Shown: one piece after another, positions 53,778 through 62,474 of the stretch | How the letters are laid out: every line of letters starts with the position of its first letter | Position numbering within the stretch: position 1 is the stretch's first letter | Source: an uncultured virus (IMG/VR IMGVR_UViG_3300037493_002973) | Lineage: Duplodnaviria > Heunggongvirae > Uroviricota > Caudoviricetes | Direction: 5' to 3' (one strand) | Length of the DNA: 64,000 nucleotides | IMG/VR virus record: IMGVR_UViG_3300037493_002973 | The notes under the pieces: generated by a model | Told to the model about the DNA's origin: nothing | Databases searched by the model: none | Seen by the model: only the letters and a program-made list of their open reading frames with translations | Translations under genes and position numbers: made by a program

Positions 53778-53858
53778 CTATTTGCGTTGTTCTTTTCCTG
53801 TGAAAGTACGTGTTGCATATTTTTCAACTAACTCGTTTGCTTTTTCTTTTGGTGTCAT
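53778..53858 (-). pseudogene. Truncated MTPKEKA-type small gene fragment
   Basis: MTPKEKANELVEKY followed by a stop after 26 aa, at the edge of an AT-rich block. Confidence 0.45.
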
Positions 53859-54105
53859 CTTATTTCTTTTTAAATTGTTCAAACCAATCTTTTGCTCTTA
53901 AATTACAACCACCCATAACGTCATCTGTGTATTCATTCATAATTTCAAACATTCTTTCTTGTTGCCATTTAGCACCAAAGTTTATTGCTGATATAATATC
54001 ATGTTTACAATACTCATTATCATTTGTTGCTGGACACCTATATATTTCTGCATATCTTTCAGCAGCTTCTTCAATTGTTTCTTTCATCTTATTTCTTTTT
54101 AAATT
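53855..54105. repeat. Perfect 22-bp direct repeat flanking one small gene
   Basis: TCATCTTATTTCTTTTTAAATT at 53855-53876 and 54084-54105. Confidence 0.9.
53860..54087 (-). CDS. Small phage protein (ETIEEAAE...GAKWQQERM...FEQFKKK type)
   Basis: 75 aa, AT-rich, bounded by direct repeats. Confidence 0.75.
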   Translation of the reverse strand: MKETIEEAAERYAEIYRCPATNDNEYCKHDIISAINFGAKWQQERMFEIMNEYTDDVMGGCNLRAKDWFEQFKKK

Positions 54106-54107
54106 TT

Positions 54108-54467
54108 TTAATACAAACTTGCTATTTTTTCATTAATTCCATAATCAAGTAAGATGTAGTTCTTACCTTCTATTCCCCAATTTTGAGGATTACGTAAGTC
54201 ACAATTGTCAAAATTAAATTCAGGAACTTTTGATTTAATACGTCTGACTACTAGGCTTGGTATTGATTCAACGGTAGCGTATCTCTTCTGACATACGATA
54301 CCCATGAACATCCATTTAAGTTCTGCTAAGAAACCATATCTTCCATACTTATCCCAAAGTCTTTTTTCATTAAGTCCTTGTAAATAGCCTTTTCTGCTTA
54401 TAGGAATCTTGATAACTATATGACACAGAATAATTACCAGTCTTGTTGAATACCTAAATGAAATCAT
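54108..54467 (-). CDS. Minimal protein-kinase-like fold protein
   Basis: STRLV, VIKIP, NE, DLRNPQNWG (catalytic-loop-like), LLDYG (DFG-like). Confidence 0.55.
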   Translation of the reverse strand: MISFRYSTRLVIILCHIVIKIPISRKGYLQGLNEKRLWDKYGRYGFLAELKWMFMGIVCQKRYATVESIPSLVVRRIKSKVPEFNFDNCDLRNPQNWGIEGKNYILLDYGINEKIASLY

Positions 54468-54631
54468 TATTTTATTTCGTTTATGTCTTTGTAGAACAAC
54501 CTCTGTTGCTGTACCGTAAACAGTTTTACGTGTACTGGCACCTCATGGGATTCTTTACAGACATGAGGTTCGTATGCTACAATCGGGCAAAGCAGGCAAG
54601 CACAATAGTAGATTATGAATAATGTTTTCAT
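54467..54631 (-). CDS. Small protein with hydrophobic N-terminus (54 aa)
   Basis: Hand-translated MKTLFIIYYCACLLCPIVAYEPH...; TAATG coupling. Confidence 0.5.
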   Translation of the reverse strand: MKTLFIIYYCACLLCPIVAYEPHVCKESHEVPVHVKLFTVQQQRLFYKDINEIK

Positions 54632-54632
54632 C

Positions 54633-54860
54633 TCAAATTTTTATTACATTTCTATCTGTTAATTCATCCACCGTAAAAACATCCGTAGCCCATTTAGTAA
54701 TGTCGTTACGGTCTTCATCCTCAACCACGTCAATTTCGTTTGGGTTGTAATAATCGGGAACAAAATATCCACCGCTTAATCTGCTCCCGTATTCAAAATG
54801 CACGGCTAATTCAAGTTCAAAATTTATCTCCTCAAAGTAGATAGTTACGGTGTTTATCAT
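54633..54860 (-). CDS. Small acidic hypothetical protein
   Basis: 75 aa, D/E-rich. Confidence 0.6.
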   Translation of the reverse strand: MINTVTIYFEEINFELELAVHFEYGSRLSGGYFVPDYYNPNEIDVVEDEDRNDITKWATDVFTVDELTDRNVIKI

Positions 54861-54968
54861 TTCTTAAATTTTATGCGTTTATACTCTTTTAAAATCTCCT
54901 CGTCAATCCCTACAAGTTTCCTCAAAACGATTTCCATAAGAACCTTCCCCGCTAATCCTGGTTGAGAC

Positions 54969-55616
54969 TTATCTAAAATCCCCAACAAAACCATCCTTTG
55001 TGTCAACTGCGTAAGGACTGCCATTTGCCCTGAGTCGGGAACTTGGTAGCGTAGGGTCTTGTAAACCTTCTTGGAAGATAAAATCTCGGAGAGTAGTTCG
55101 TTCTCGTTCGAGGGCGCTAATTTTATCTCTAAGCGAGGTATTTTCTTTCTTACTTTCTTCATGTCGTTGCTTCTCAAGGTTATATTTTGACCTCCAATTA
55201 CTAATCTTTTCAGGAGCCAATCCGTTAGCGATATTTCCCACAAGCTCCATAGTGTCTTTCCCTACGATTTTTGCAAGAAAGGCAATCTGTCTAAGAGTAA
55301 GGTCAATAGGGTGCAGAAGTTTCTCCTCTGCTTCTTTTATTGCCAATTCCTCCTTTGTATTCTCTTGTTTAATAAGCAAACCCATCTTATTCATTCCCGA
55401 TAAGTAAGCCTCTCTACGGGTTACGTTATCGCCCCTATCCCCGAACTTCTTAGATAACTCTTCCCGTATACTCATGTCGGGAATACTTACTTGTTTGAAG
55501 TTGGAAGTTGCCGCAAGGATAGCCTTTGCTAAGGTTTCTTTTGGGGGCAACTTCCTACGGGAAAGTATGACGGAAATAACGTAGTTAGGTGCTTTGGAGA
55601 TGGTGTAGAAACTCAT
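54969..55616 (-). CDS. Hypothetical coiled-coil protein
   Basis: 215 aa; ATGA overlap with upstream gene. Confidence 0.65.
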   Translation of the reverse strand: MSFYTISKAPNYVISVILSRRKLPPKETLAKAILAATSNFKQVSIPDMSIREELSKKFGDRGDNVTRREAYLSGMNKMGLLIKQENTKEELAIKEAEEKLLHPIDLTLRQIAFLAKIVGKDTMELVGNIANGLAPEKISNWRSKYNLEKQRHEESKKENTSLRDKISALERERTTLRDFIFQEGLQDPTLPSSRLRANGSPYAVDTKDGFVGDFR

Positions 55617-56014
55617 TTGCTTTTCAATTTAATCTTCATACTTCTACTGGCATCCTCATGGATTCTCCTAAAAATATCTTTAGAGAGAATATCTGAATAG
55701 CGATTCATTCCGTATTTCAACCAAGTTTCAAACTTTTCTATCCTTCGCTGTTCAGCATGGATATGAGTGTCGGTTTCCTTAGATAGGCAATACTTTGTGT
55801 CTGCCGTTCCGACAACTTTTCCGAATACTATTCCTGCATCCTGCAATTCATCCAAGCGACCTGTAACGGTGTGAACCTTCACTCCAAGGTATACAGACAG
55901 TTCTTTTGCCGTTAGCCCGTTAGAACTATCCGTAATAGCTTTTCTTACTCGGGACTTTATGCTCGGGAGCTTTGGCGTTACAAACTCTAAGGCTTTTTGG
56001 CGTTCTTGTGTCAT
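55613..56014 (-). CDS. Winged-helix DNA-binding protein
   Basis: GLTAKELSVYLGVKVHTVTGRLDELQDAGIV. Confidence 0.8.
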   Translation of the reverse strand: MTQERQKALEFVTPKLPSIKSRVRKAITDSSNGLTAKELSVYLGVKVHTVTGRLDELQDAGIVFGKVVGTADTKYCLSKETDTHIHAEQRRIEKFETWLKYGMNRYSDILSKDIFRRIHEDASRSMKIKLKSK

Positions 56015-56036
56015 AGGGTTAATTTCTAATGAGCAA

Positions 56037-56044
56037 CAAAGTTA
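56037..56044 (-). promoter_or_regulatory. Bacteroidota-type -7 promoter box
   Basis: CAAAGTTA on plus = TAACTTTG. Confidence 0.6.
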
Positions 56045-56074
56045 GTATTATCTTTTGAATACGAAAGAACTTTA

Positions 56075-56296
56075 TTAAACTTTTTTAGGGATTATTTTAC
56101 TGTATTCAGTCGTTTCCTTCAGCTCTCCGAATCCATTATTAGCCATTACAATTTTCTTGTGCAATGGATACCCCGTTTTACCTACAAGGTAAAAATTTGC
56201 GGCTACATGTTCCATTTTAAACATAGCCCAACAATCAAATCTATTAAGGGAGTAACCCCTATCTAAAAACCAAATAAGTACATTGGGTGCTGTCAT
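56075..56296 (-). CDS. Small winged-helix-like protein
   Basis: LDRGYSLNRFDC...GYPLHKK...EYS pattern. Confidence 0.45.
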   Translation of the reverse strand: MTAPNVLIWFLDRGYSLNRFDCWAMFKMEHVAANFYLVGKTGYPLHKKIVMANNGFGELKETTEYSKIIPKKV

Positions 56297-56499
56297 TTCT
56301 TATCCTTTCTAAATTCTCTTACATTGTCCTCGGAAATGAGTTTCTTAGAACGTACTCCTCCTTCGTAGATATATTCCCCATTTACTTTAATGTGATAGAA
56401 GTATTTTCCCGTAAGGCAATACACGGCAGTAACCTCGTATTTAGTCCCATCGGTATTCTCCCATTTGAGTCCTGTTGGGAGGTGCTTTAGTGTAGCCAT
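56293..56499 (-). CDS. Hypothetical protein
   Basis: 68 aa, coupled to neighbours. Confidence 0.6.
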   Translation of the reverse strand: MATLKHLPTGLKWENTDGTKYEVTAVYCLTGKYFYHIKVNGEYIYEGGVRSKKLISEDNVREFRKDKK

Positions 56500-57093
56500 T
56501 TACCCGTTTATCCGTTCAAATTTCACCCATCCAACCATATCGAGATCTTCCATAAAGTTATTCTTTTGCCCCCTCTTGCCGACATAATGCCAAAGAGTTC
56601 TATTCTGTTTCCCGTGCCCGTTCTGTATTGCATGGGATATGAATGGAGGATTCAATATGCGGTGTATTTTCTCTTCATGTATTCTCAAGGGATTTCCTGT
56701 AATGCCGTCCAGGAGAAAGTCGTAGGAATTTTCCTCCTTCATTTGCTGCCTACCTTTTTCCGTTAGGGCAAACAGAAGGGAGCCATCCTTGCATTCCGTT
56801 ACAAGTGCATAATCAGATTTCCCGTATAAGTTCCCTATTTCGGAAACATTCTCGGAGATGAACTTTGTAAGGAGTGCAAATTGGGGCACTTCTCCGAATA
56901 TCTCGTAAGCGCCTACTGGCTTGGAAGATAGGTCGAGGAATCTGAGGTGAACAAACCTTCCTTTATTCGTGCTGTTTGTAACGATTTGAAGCCCTACAAC
57001 ATCTATGTGTGGACCGTTGAAGCGAATCCTCGGGAGAGGTAACTCGAAGTCTAACTGCGGAGGAGTAAAATCCTCAAGGTCGTATTGGGTCAT
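56500..57093 (-). CDS. Hypothetical protein
   Basis: Start reassigned to the ATGA overlap (MTQYDLE). Confidence 0.6.
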   Translation of the reverse strand: MTQYDLEDFTPPQLDFELPLPRIRFNGPHIDVVGLQIVTNSTNKGRFVHLRFLDLSSKPVGAYEIFGEVPQFALLTKFISENVSEIGNLYGKSDYALVTECKDGSLLFALTEKGRQQMKEENSYDFLLDGITGNPLRIHEEKIHRILNPPFISHAIQNGHGKQNRTLWHYVGKRGQKNNFMEDLDMVGWVKFERING

Positions 57094-57911
57094 TTCTCCC
57101 ATTGTTCTGTAATTTTTAACTGTTCTATTTTGAAATAAACTCTCGCTATGTTCCTCCAATCTTTTACATAAATTGGCATCAATATTTTTTTATTTCGTTC
57201 TCCAATTTTGATGATATGCTTTACTAAATTATCAGTTGTAAAATCTTCAAGTTTTTCAATTCCGTAATATCTACGCACAAAATCAAGCCTTTTAAACCTT
57301 TTGTGCCCAAGTTCTCCAAGAGTAATTACCAGTCCTTTTTTTGCCATCTTAATTGATAAATCAAAGCAATCATAAGCACTTCCAAACGGGTCTAAATCTA
57401 CAAGGTCATATTTATTTCCTCCTGCATATTGCATACAGCAAAAAGTCAAAGCATCATAATTGTAATCTGTACTAAACGAAACTTCTACATCATTAGTCAC
57501 AATTTTTTTAATCCCATAAGTTTCGTAAGCGCTTTTGCTCCCTGAAAAAACATCTAAAACGCTATCAATTTTAATTTCAGCAATAAACTTTTCGTTTGTG
57601 CTATATTTCTCTGCTCGATGCGGGTCATTATACGTTTTATTTGCCTTTCCCAATCTTTTCATCTTAATTGAAACCTGTGTAATATCTCTGTCAATACATT
57701 CTGCAATCTGTTTTGTGTTAAGACCTTTTTCTTTTAACATATTTACCCATTCAATTTCTTTTTCCGTCCATTTACGAGGTTGGAATTTAGTTAAACCTCC
57801 ATTTTTAGTGTGCTCTCCCTTATACTCGGGTGGCATTAAATATGGATTAGTAAAAATGTCCATGAAAATTGGGGTGTCTGTTTTTGAATAAAGTTTATCA
57901 TTTCCCATCAC
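57090..57911 (-). CDS. HTH fused to a SAM-dependent methyltransferase-like domain
   Basis: RKWTEKEI...TKQIAECIDRD HTH; VLDVFSG (motif I); YDLVDLDPFGS. Confidence 0.75.
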   Translation of the reverse strand: MMGNDKLYSKTDTPIFMDIFTNPYLMPPEYKGEHTKNGGLTKFQPRKWTEKEIEWVNMLKEKGLNTKQIAECIDRDITQVSIKMKRLGKANKTYNDPHRAEKYSTNEKFIAEIKIDSVLDVFSGSKSAYETYGIKKIVTNDVEVSFSTDYNYDALTFCCMQYAGGNKYDLVDLDPFGSAYDCFDLSIKMAKKGLVITLGELGHKRFKRLDFVRRYYGIEKLEDFTTDNLVKHIIKIGERNKKILMPIYVKDWRNIARVYFKIEQLKITEQWEK

Positions 57912-58624
57912 GAAAATTGTTTAGTACATGTATTCCGATACCCGCAAACAGCATTACAGAAATACCCGTTGTCCTTCATTGGGTAATCCCCCGAATAGGC
58001 TTCTATTTCTGAAACCATTTTATCTGCCCAATCCCAAGCTTCTATGTAGTCCTCTACTTTAAAAGGAACTATTAACGGAAGTTTCTGCCTGAAGTGAAAG
58101 AAGATTAAACGTTCGGGAAATTTCCCAAACTCCTCCTTAACGGCAGTACTGTAAAGATACAACTGACGGGCTTTCTCCTTCAACTTAGCCCCTTCGTAGG
58201 GCTTCGCGCATTTGTAATCTGTAAGGATTAAATTACCGTTTGTAGATGAAAGTCCTAATCGGTCTACATATCCTTGGAATAGGTAATTATCCCTTTGCAG
58301 AAGTACGTGCTGTTCTACCCAAATAGCTTCCGTGCTGAATCCCTTGAAGGTCTTGAAGAAGTTATCTGCTTCCTTCTTCCAGTTATCCATCCAAGAAATT
58401 TCGTGGGGTAGACCTACTTCGATTGGGTATCTATTGTTCCACTCCGTAAAGGCATACTCAGGGGATATTTCTTTTAGGTCTAACTTTTCAAAAATTTCGT
58501 GACCAAGAGTTCCGAAGCGGCTAAAGAAATTATCCTCTCCCTTATCCCCATCTATGTAGTTATTCTTCCATGCTCTTTTGCATGTGTCCCAAGAACTAAG
58601 GCGGCTAAAACTGAACGTGGTCAT
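57908..58624 (-). CDS. PD-(D/E)XK exonuclease, Cas4/RecB-like
   Basis: SFSRL..C, GTLGH, GYVDRL, DYK, QLYLY, C-terminal CNAVCGYRNTC. Confidence 0.9.
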   Translation of the reverse strand: MTTFSFSRLSSWDTCKRAWKNNYIDGDKGEDNFFSRFGTLGHEIFEKLDLKEISPEYAFTEWNNRYPIEVGLPHEISWMDNWKKEADNFFKTFKGFSTEAIWVEQHVLLQRDNYLFQGYVDRLGLSSTNGNLILTDYKCAKPYEGAKLKEKARQLYLYSTAVKEEFGKFPERLIFFHFRQKLPLIVPFKVEDYIEAWDWADKMVSEIEAYSGDYPMKDNGYFCNAVCGYRNTCTKQFS

Positions 58625-58654
58625 ATTCTTAGTGCTAATAACATTAGGGCAAGG

Positions 58655-59179
58655 TTAATTAGTTCTTTCTACTATTATTTTATTCTCTATTGCATTGAAT
58701 AGCTGAATAAAGTATCGCTTATTCTTATCGGTTACATCCCCCGTGTAACTCTCGTAAGTCCTTCCGTTAGTCATTCGGATCTTAGACATAGGCTGCGTTT
58801 TCAATAACTTCATATCTGAATCCGATATGTTGAAATAAGCATTCCCTTTACAATTGAATTTTTGAGCAGATTTTTTAATAATCTTTTCTCCATTTTCAAA
58901 GAGGATAATCATTTCATCATTCTCATTGCATCCACCAATGCCAACCATTGTGACTGCAATCCATTCAAATAGTAAGTTCTCTTTTAGAACTGGAGTAACC
59001 TTGAATCCTTTTGTTCGCGTTTCATTTGCGCAAACAAAATCTCTATTGGGGTAGACGTAAATCTCTCCACTCATAGCATCGGTATTTTTCACCACATGAA
59101 CGCTATCCGTTTGGCTAAAGGTTAGTGAAGTAATAAAACATAAGGCAATTGCAACTGTCATTTTTTTAAGATTGTTCAT
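58655..59179 (-). CDS. Secreted/periplasmic protein with signal peptide (moron-like)
   Basis: MNNLKKMTVAIALCFITSLTFS-Q signal peptide with +1 Gln; separated from neighbours by spacers. Confidence 0.7.
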   Translation of the reverse strand: MNNLKKMTVAIALCFITSLTFSQTDSVHVVKNTDAMSGEIYVYPNRDFVCANETRTKGFKVTPVLKENLLFEWIAVTMVGIGGCNENDEMIILFENGEKIIKKSAQKFNCKGNAYFNISDSDMKLLKTQPMSKIRMTNGRTYESYTGDVTDKNKRYFIQLFNAIENKIIVERTN

Positions 59180-59250
59180 TTTTTTAATTGTTAAATGGTT
59201 TAAGTTTTTTATTCTTTACAAGGACTACTACACAAAATTCTAAATCGTTA

Positions 59251-60471
59251 TTATTTCATTTCACTACTTACCCTACGGAGACCCTCTATCCATTTCTTCT
59301 GCATAGATATAAAACTAGAAACTACTTCAATACCTTTATCGGATACACATGTAGGAACAGTAATAGATTCAAACGCATTAGCCAACTCCTTAATTTTATC
59401 TGAGTCGGAGCCCTGCAACAGAAGTGATTTCCGAGCTTCCTCCGCATCCTTCAAGCGTTGCTCTTCGTCAAGTTTCTCTTGGGCTAACCTTTTTTGTTCT
59501 AAGATAGAATCCTCTAAGGCTTTTTGCGCGGCTTTCTCTCGGTTCTCTGCATCAATTCTAAGTTGAATGAGCTTGTCTTGTTCTTTTTTAGCTGCTGCTT
59601 GTGCAAATGCTGCGGCTTGTTCTTGAGCAAGACGTTCCTCTTCTAACTTCCTTTGTATAGCATTAAGTTCGTCTTGCGCTTTCTTTTCTGCTAATGCTGC
59701 TACTTCTGCTTTCTCTCGCTGTTCCTTCAAGAAGGATTCTATTCGGATTTTTTCTTCTTCAGCTTCTCTATGTAGCCTTGCGGTTTCTGCAATTTGATTC
59801 TCATGTGCTGAGATTCCGTTTTGTAGGATTTTATTGAAAGCCTTTTCAGTTAACTTCTCCCAAAGTATCGCCTCGTAGTTCTCTATGTAGAGTTCGTACT
59901 TGGCAGTAGCCGACATTCTTTCTACGCGAATCCTTTGCAAGGCAATCCGTTCTTGTTCTGCTTGGTAATCCTTACGTTTTTGCTCGAAGTATTTCTCCCA
60001 AGCATCTTCCGTCATTTCTCCTAAGAAGGTGTCGGGGTATTCAACTCCATATCCGAATAGAATTGTTCCTCTTGTTTCCTGGAGTTCAGCAATCCTTGCG
60101 GCTTCTTGGCGTTCTGCATATTCTTCAATCTCCCGAAGTTTCTCCTCGCATGACATAAGGAACTCTCTTGGCAGTCTTTCAAGGGTATCTATTGCCTTTC
60201 CCTCCAAGTTTACATCTTCCTTTAATTGAGCGTGGATTCCTTTCAATCCGTCTTTACCCCGTAATGGAACCATTTTAAGGCGTAATACACGGGCATCCTT
60301 TGCTGCTTTCTGAGTGAATACCGTAACGTCTGAACCCGTAATGGATTCATATTCGGGCATTAAGTCTTGTATCTGCTCGTAAACAGGCGTGTAGGCATTC
60401 ATAATAGCTTCCTTACGGGATTCAGGAAGGTTTAAATCAATACGGGGCACGAAGGTTATTTCTGTTGTCAT
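59251..60471 (-). CDS. Long coiled-coil protein
   Basis: E/A/K/Q-rich heptads, in the recombination neighbourhood. Confidence 0.7.
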   Translation of the reverse strand: MTTEITFVPRIDLNLPESRKEAIMNAYTPVYEQIQDLMPEYESITGSDVTVFTQKAAKDARVLRLKMVPLRGKDGLKGIHAQLKEDVNLEGKAIDTLERLPREFLMSCEEKLREIEEYAERQEAARIAELQETRGTILFGYGVEYPDTFLGEMTEDAWEKYFEQKRKDYQAEQERIALQRIRVERMSATAKYELYIENYEAILWEKLTEKAFNKILQNGISAHENQIAETARLHREAEEEKIRIESFLKEQREKAEVAALAEKKAQDELNAIQRKLEEERLAQEQAAAFAQAAAKKEQDKLIQLRIDAENREKAAQKALEDSILEQKRLAQEKLDEEQRLKDAEEARKSLLLQGSDSDKIKELANAFESITVPTCVSDKGIEVVSSFISMQKKWIEGLRRVSSEMK

Positions 60472-60482
60472 AGCTTTTAGTT

Positions 60483-60668
60483 TTAATCGTTAAAAAATCT
60501 CTTCCTTACCCTCACTTGCCACCCCAAGTCATACACGTTAGGTCTTCCTTTCGCGACATCCTTGTATTGTTCCTCCGTAACTGCCTTTTCATTTGCCTTG
60601 CGGAGAAACGTGTTGATGAATAGTAGGGGATTATTCTTGAAGTGTTCCAAAATCGGTTTGCGTTTCAT
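60483..60668 (-). CDS. Hypothetical basic protein
   Basis: 61-aa ORF. Confidence 0.5.
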   Translation of the reverse strand: MKRKPILEHFKNNPLLFINTFLRKANEKAVTEEQYKDVAKGRPNVYDLGWQVRVRKRFFND

Positions 60669-60846
60669 GTGTTGTTGGTTTAATTAGTCCATCAATTTCT
60701 GCATCCATAATTATTGACTCTCGAATGGCGTTGTATTGGTCTACCGAAAAGATGTGCGACCAATGCTCCTTTCCATTTCTACAGGAAATCTTTACTTGAT
60801 ACGATGCAGGAAACTTATCTATCGTAACGTTTACTTGCTTGCTCAT
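60631..60846 (-). CDS. Hypothetical protein
   Basis: 71-aa ORF. Confidence 0.55.
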   Translation of the reverse strand: MSKQVNVTIDKFPASYQVKISCRNGKEHWSHIFSVDQYNAIRESIIMDAEIDGLIKPTTHETQTDFGTLQE

Positions 60847-60849
60847 GCC

Positions 60850-61278
60850 TTAAATTTTAGAGACACTTAACGAAGCTGCTGCGTAGGAAACTATTGCAGG
60901 CTCTATTTCGATAATCTCCCCTGTATTCTCGTCAATGTACTGACCTGAACCCTTTTCGGAAGCCACTTTAGCCAACTCCTCGATTTCCTTTAAGGCATCG
61001 TTAGTTTTCTTCCAAGCGGAGATATGGTCAAACTTAAACATCCGTCTTCCCTGTTGGAACTTGAACTTGAATCCCTTGTAGGCTACCTCTCCTTTCTCTG
61101 CGGAGTGTCCCATTGCGGCTTCTATTGCTTCTGCCTTAACGCCTTTCTCAATAGATTCCAATGCCTTTCTCAAGGTTTGGATAATCGCATAGGTTTCCAT
61201 CGCATCGGCTTCTCCTTCGGACACTTGCATTGCAAGGTCTAATAGGTGTTCTTCTACTTCGTTTTGATTGAATTTCAT
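60850..61278 (-). CDS. Conserved-looking phage hypothetical protein
   Basis: Start reassigned to MKFNQ after an A/C-rich leader; IDENTGEI motif. Confidence 0.7.
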   Translation of the reverse strand: MKFNQNEVEEHLLDLAMQVSEGEADAMETYAIIQTLRKALESIEKGVKAEAIEAAMGHSAEKGEVAYKGFKFKFQQGRRMFKFDHISAWKKTNDALKEIEELAKVASEKGSGQYIDENTGEIIEIEPAIVSYAAASLSVSKI

Positions 61279-61310
61279 TGTGTTTGTTTTGGTTTGGTTA
61301 ATAATTAAAA

Positions 61311-61386
61311 ACACGCAAGGAGGGGTCGAACCTCATCTCTTCTTACCTATTTCTAGGTGCGTTCTACCTTTGAACTACTTACGTGT
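61311..61386 (-). ncRNA. tRNA-like RNA lacking a canonical anticodon loop
   Basis: Acceptor ACACGTAAG/CTTGCGTGT; TA linker; D arm GTTC-AAAGGTA-GAAC; ACCTA-GAAA-TAGGT; T arm GAGG-TTCGACC-CCTC. Confidence 0.75.
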
Positions 61387-61394
61387 GTACTATA

Positions 61395-62216
61395 TCAGAA
61401 CGGACACGAATCCTCCTCTATTCCGTTACTTCCCTCGAAGTTCACTTGATGGACTTCCTGCTGTTGTCTTGACGGGATTCCTTGCGCTGCTTGTTGCGGC
61501 AGTTCCTGTTTAGGCGTTTCCTTCGGGGCTTCTTGCTCTTGAACTGGCGGTGTTGTATTTACGGCATTCGTAGAGAAGTACTGAGTTAAGTACTCTGTAA
61601 CTTTCTGTGTAAGAACATCCGCTTGGGCATTCGTTTCGGGAGATACTTCTTTAGTTACGAAAGTTGGAACAACGTAGTTTACCGAACCTTTCTGCTTCTC
61701 GGTAACATGGCTAACCATTACTGCGGTGTTGTAAATAGCGGTTGCCTTTCCTGTTGACTTGGCAAGGGCTGTTGACAAATCTCCGAACGCCATAAGGCTT
61801 GTTGAAGATAGTTCTACTACAGCAAGTTCCAAAACTCCATTTACTTTAATCGCTGCGTATAAGTTTGCTACAAATCCGACCTTCCTTGTTTCGCAAAGTT
61901 CCTTAATATCCTTCCAAAGTCCTTTAGCAAAGATATTACCTTGATTGTCCTTCACCTCAATCTCCTCTGTTCTCGTATCGAGTACTTCGTTGGAGTAATA
62001 CCCCATTTGTTTCGGTTCGTAGTAACCTGAAGCCCCCTGTGTACGGAGAAGAGGTAGGAAGATGAAATCCTTTATTGTAATCTCAGACTTCTGTTTGGTG
62101 GTCTTGTCGAATGCTTTCCAAAATCCTTTTCCTCCGTTCCAACTTACGCGGAAACGTGCGGGGTGAATGTTGGTGTCTACATCGTTAATTCTGCTTGGAA
62201 TGTTTAGTACTGACAT
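61395..62216 (-). CDS. Putative single-stranded DNA-binding protein
   Basis: Beta-rich core (YSNEV...GLWKDIK), Q/P-rich linker, acidic tail ending EEDSCPF. Confidence 0.65.
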   Translation of the reverse strand: MSVLNIPSRINDVDTNIHPARFRVSWNGGKGFWKAFDKTTKQKSEITIKDFIFLPLLRTQGASGYYEPKQMGYYSNEVLDTRTEEIEVKDNQGNIFAKGLWKDIKELCETRKVGFVANLYAAIKVNGVLELAVVELSSTSLMAFGDLSTALAKSTGKATAIYNTAVMVSHVTEKQKGSVNYVVPTFVTKEVSPETNAQADVLTQKVTEYLTQYFSTNAVNTTPPVQEQEAPKETPKQELPQQAAQGIPSRQQQEVHQVNFEGSNGIEEDSCPF

Positions 62217-62257
62217 GGTTACTTGGTTTGATTGGTTGGTTTAATTGTTTTGGTTAA

Positions 62258-62449
62258 TTATGTTAGGTACACTATTTCAATTTGTAATCGTTCTCCTTCT
62301 TCATTTTCAATAAAAGTTTCTGCATATTCAACTGAATCGTACAAGTGGGCGAATCTTGGATCTTCTTCCCATAAATGGTATTTCCAAAACGCATAACCTG
62401 AGAAGTATTTCTTGGTATTAAAATTTTTTACTACGAATTTTTTCTGCAT
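62258..62449 (-). CDS. Hypothetical protein
   Basis: 63 aa, AT-rich. Confidence 0.6.
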   Translation of the reverse strand: MQKKFVVKNFNTKKYFSGYAFWKYHLWEEDPRFAHLYDSVEYAETFIENEEGERLQIEIVYLT

Positions 62450-62474
62450 TTCATTATTTATTAAAGGTTAGTTA

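Noticed and set aside
54857..55243. 128-aa ORF overlapping the 215-aa gene
   Set aside because: Mostly overlaps a better-supported gene in another frame; only a short 3' part may be real, and I saw no clear frameshift signal.
61311..61386. Functional tRNA-Phe(GAA)
   Set aside because: GAA is not centred in a 7-nt loop with U33; the loop is 4 or 6 nt, so it is reported as tRNA-like only.
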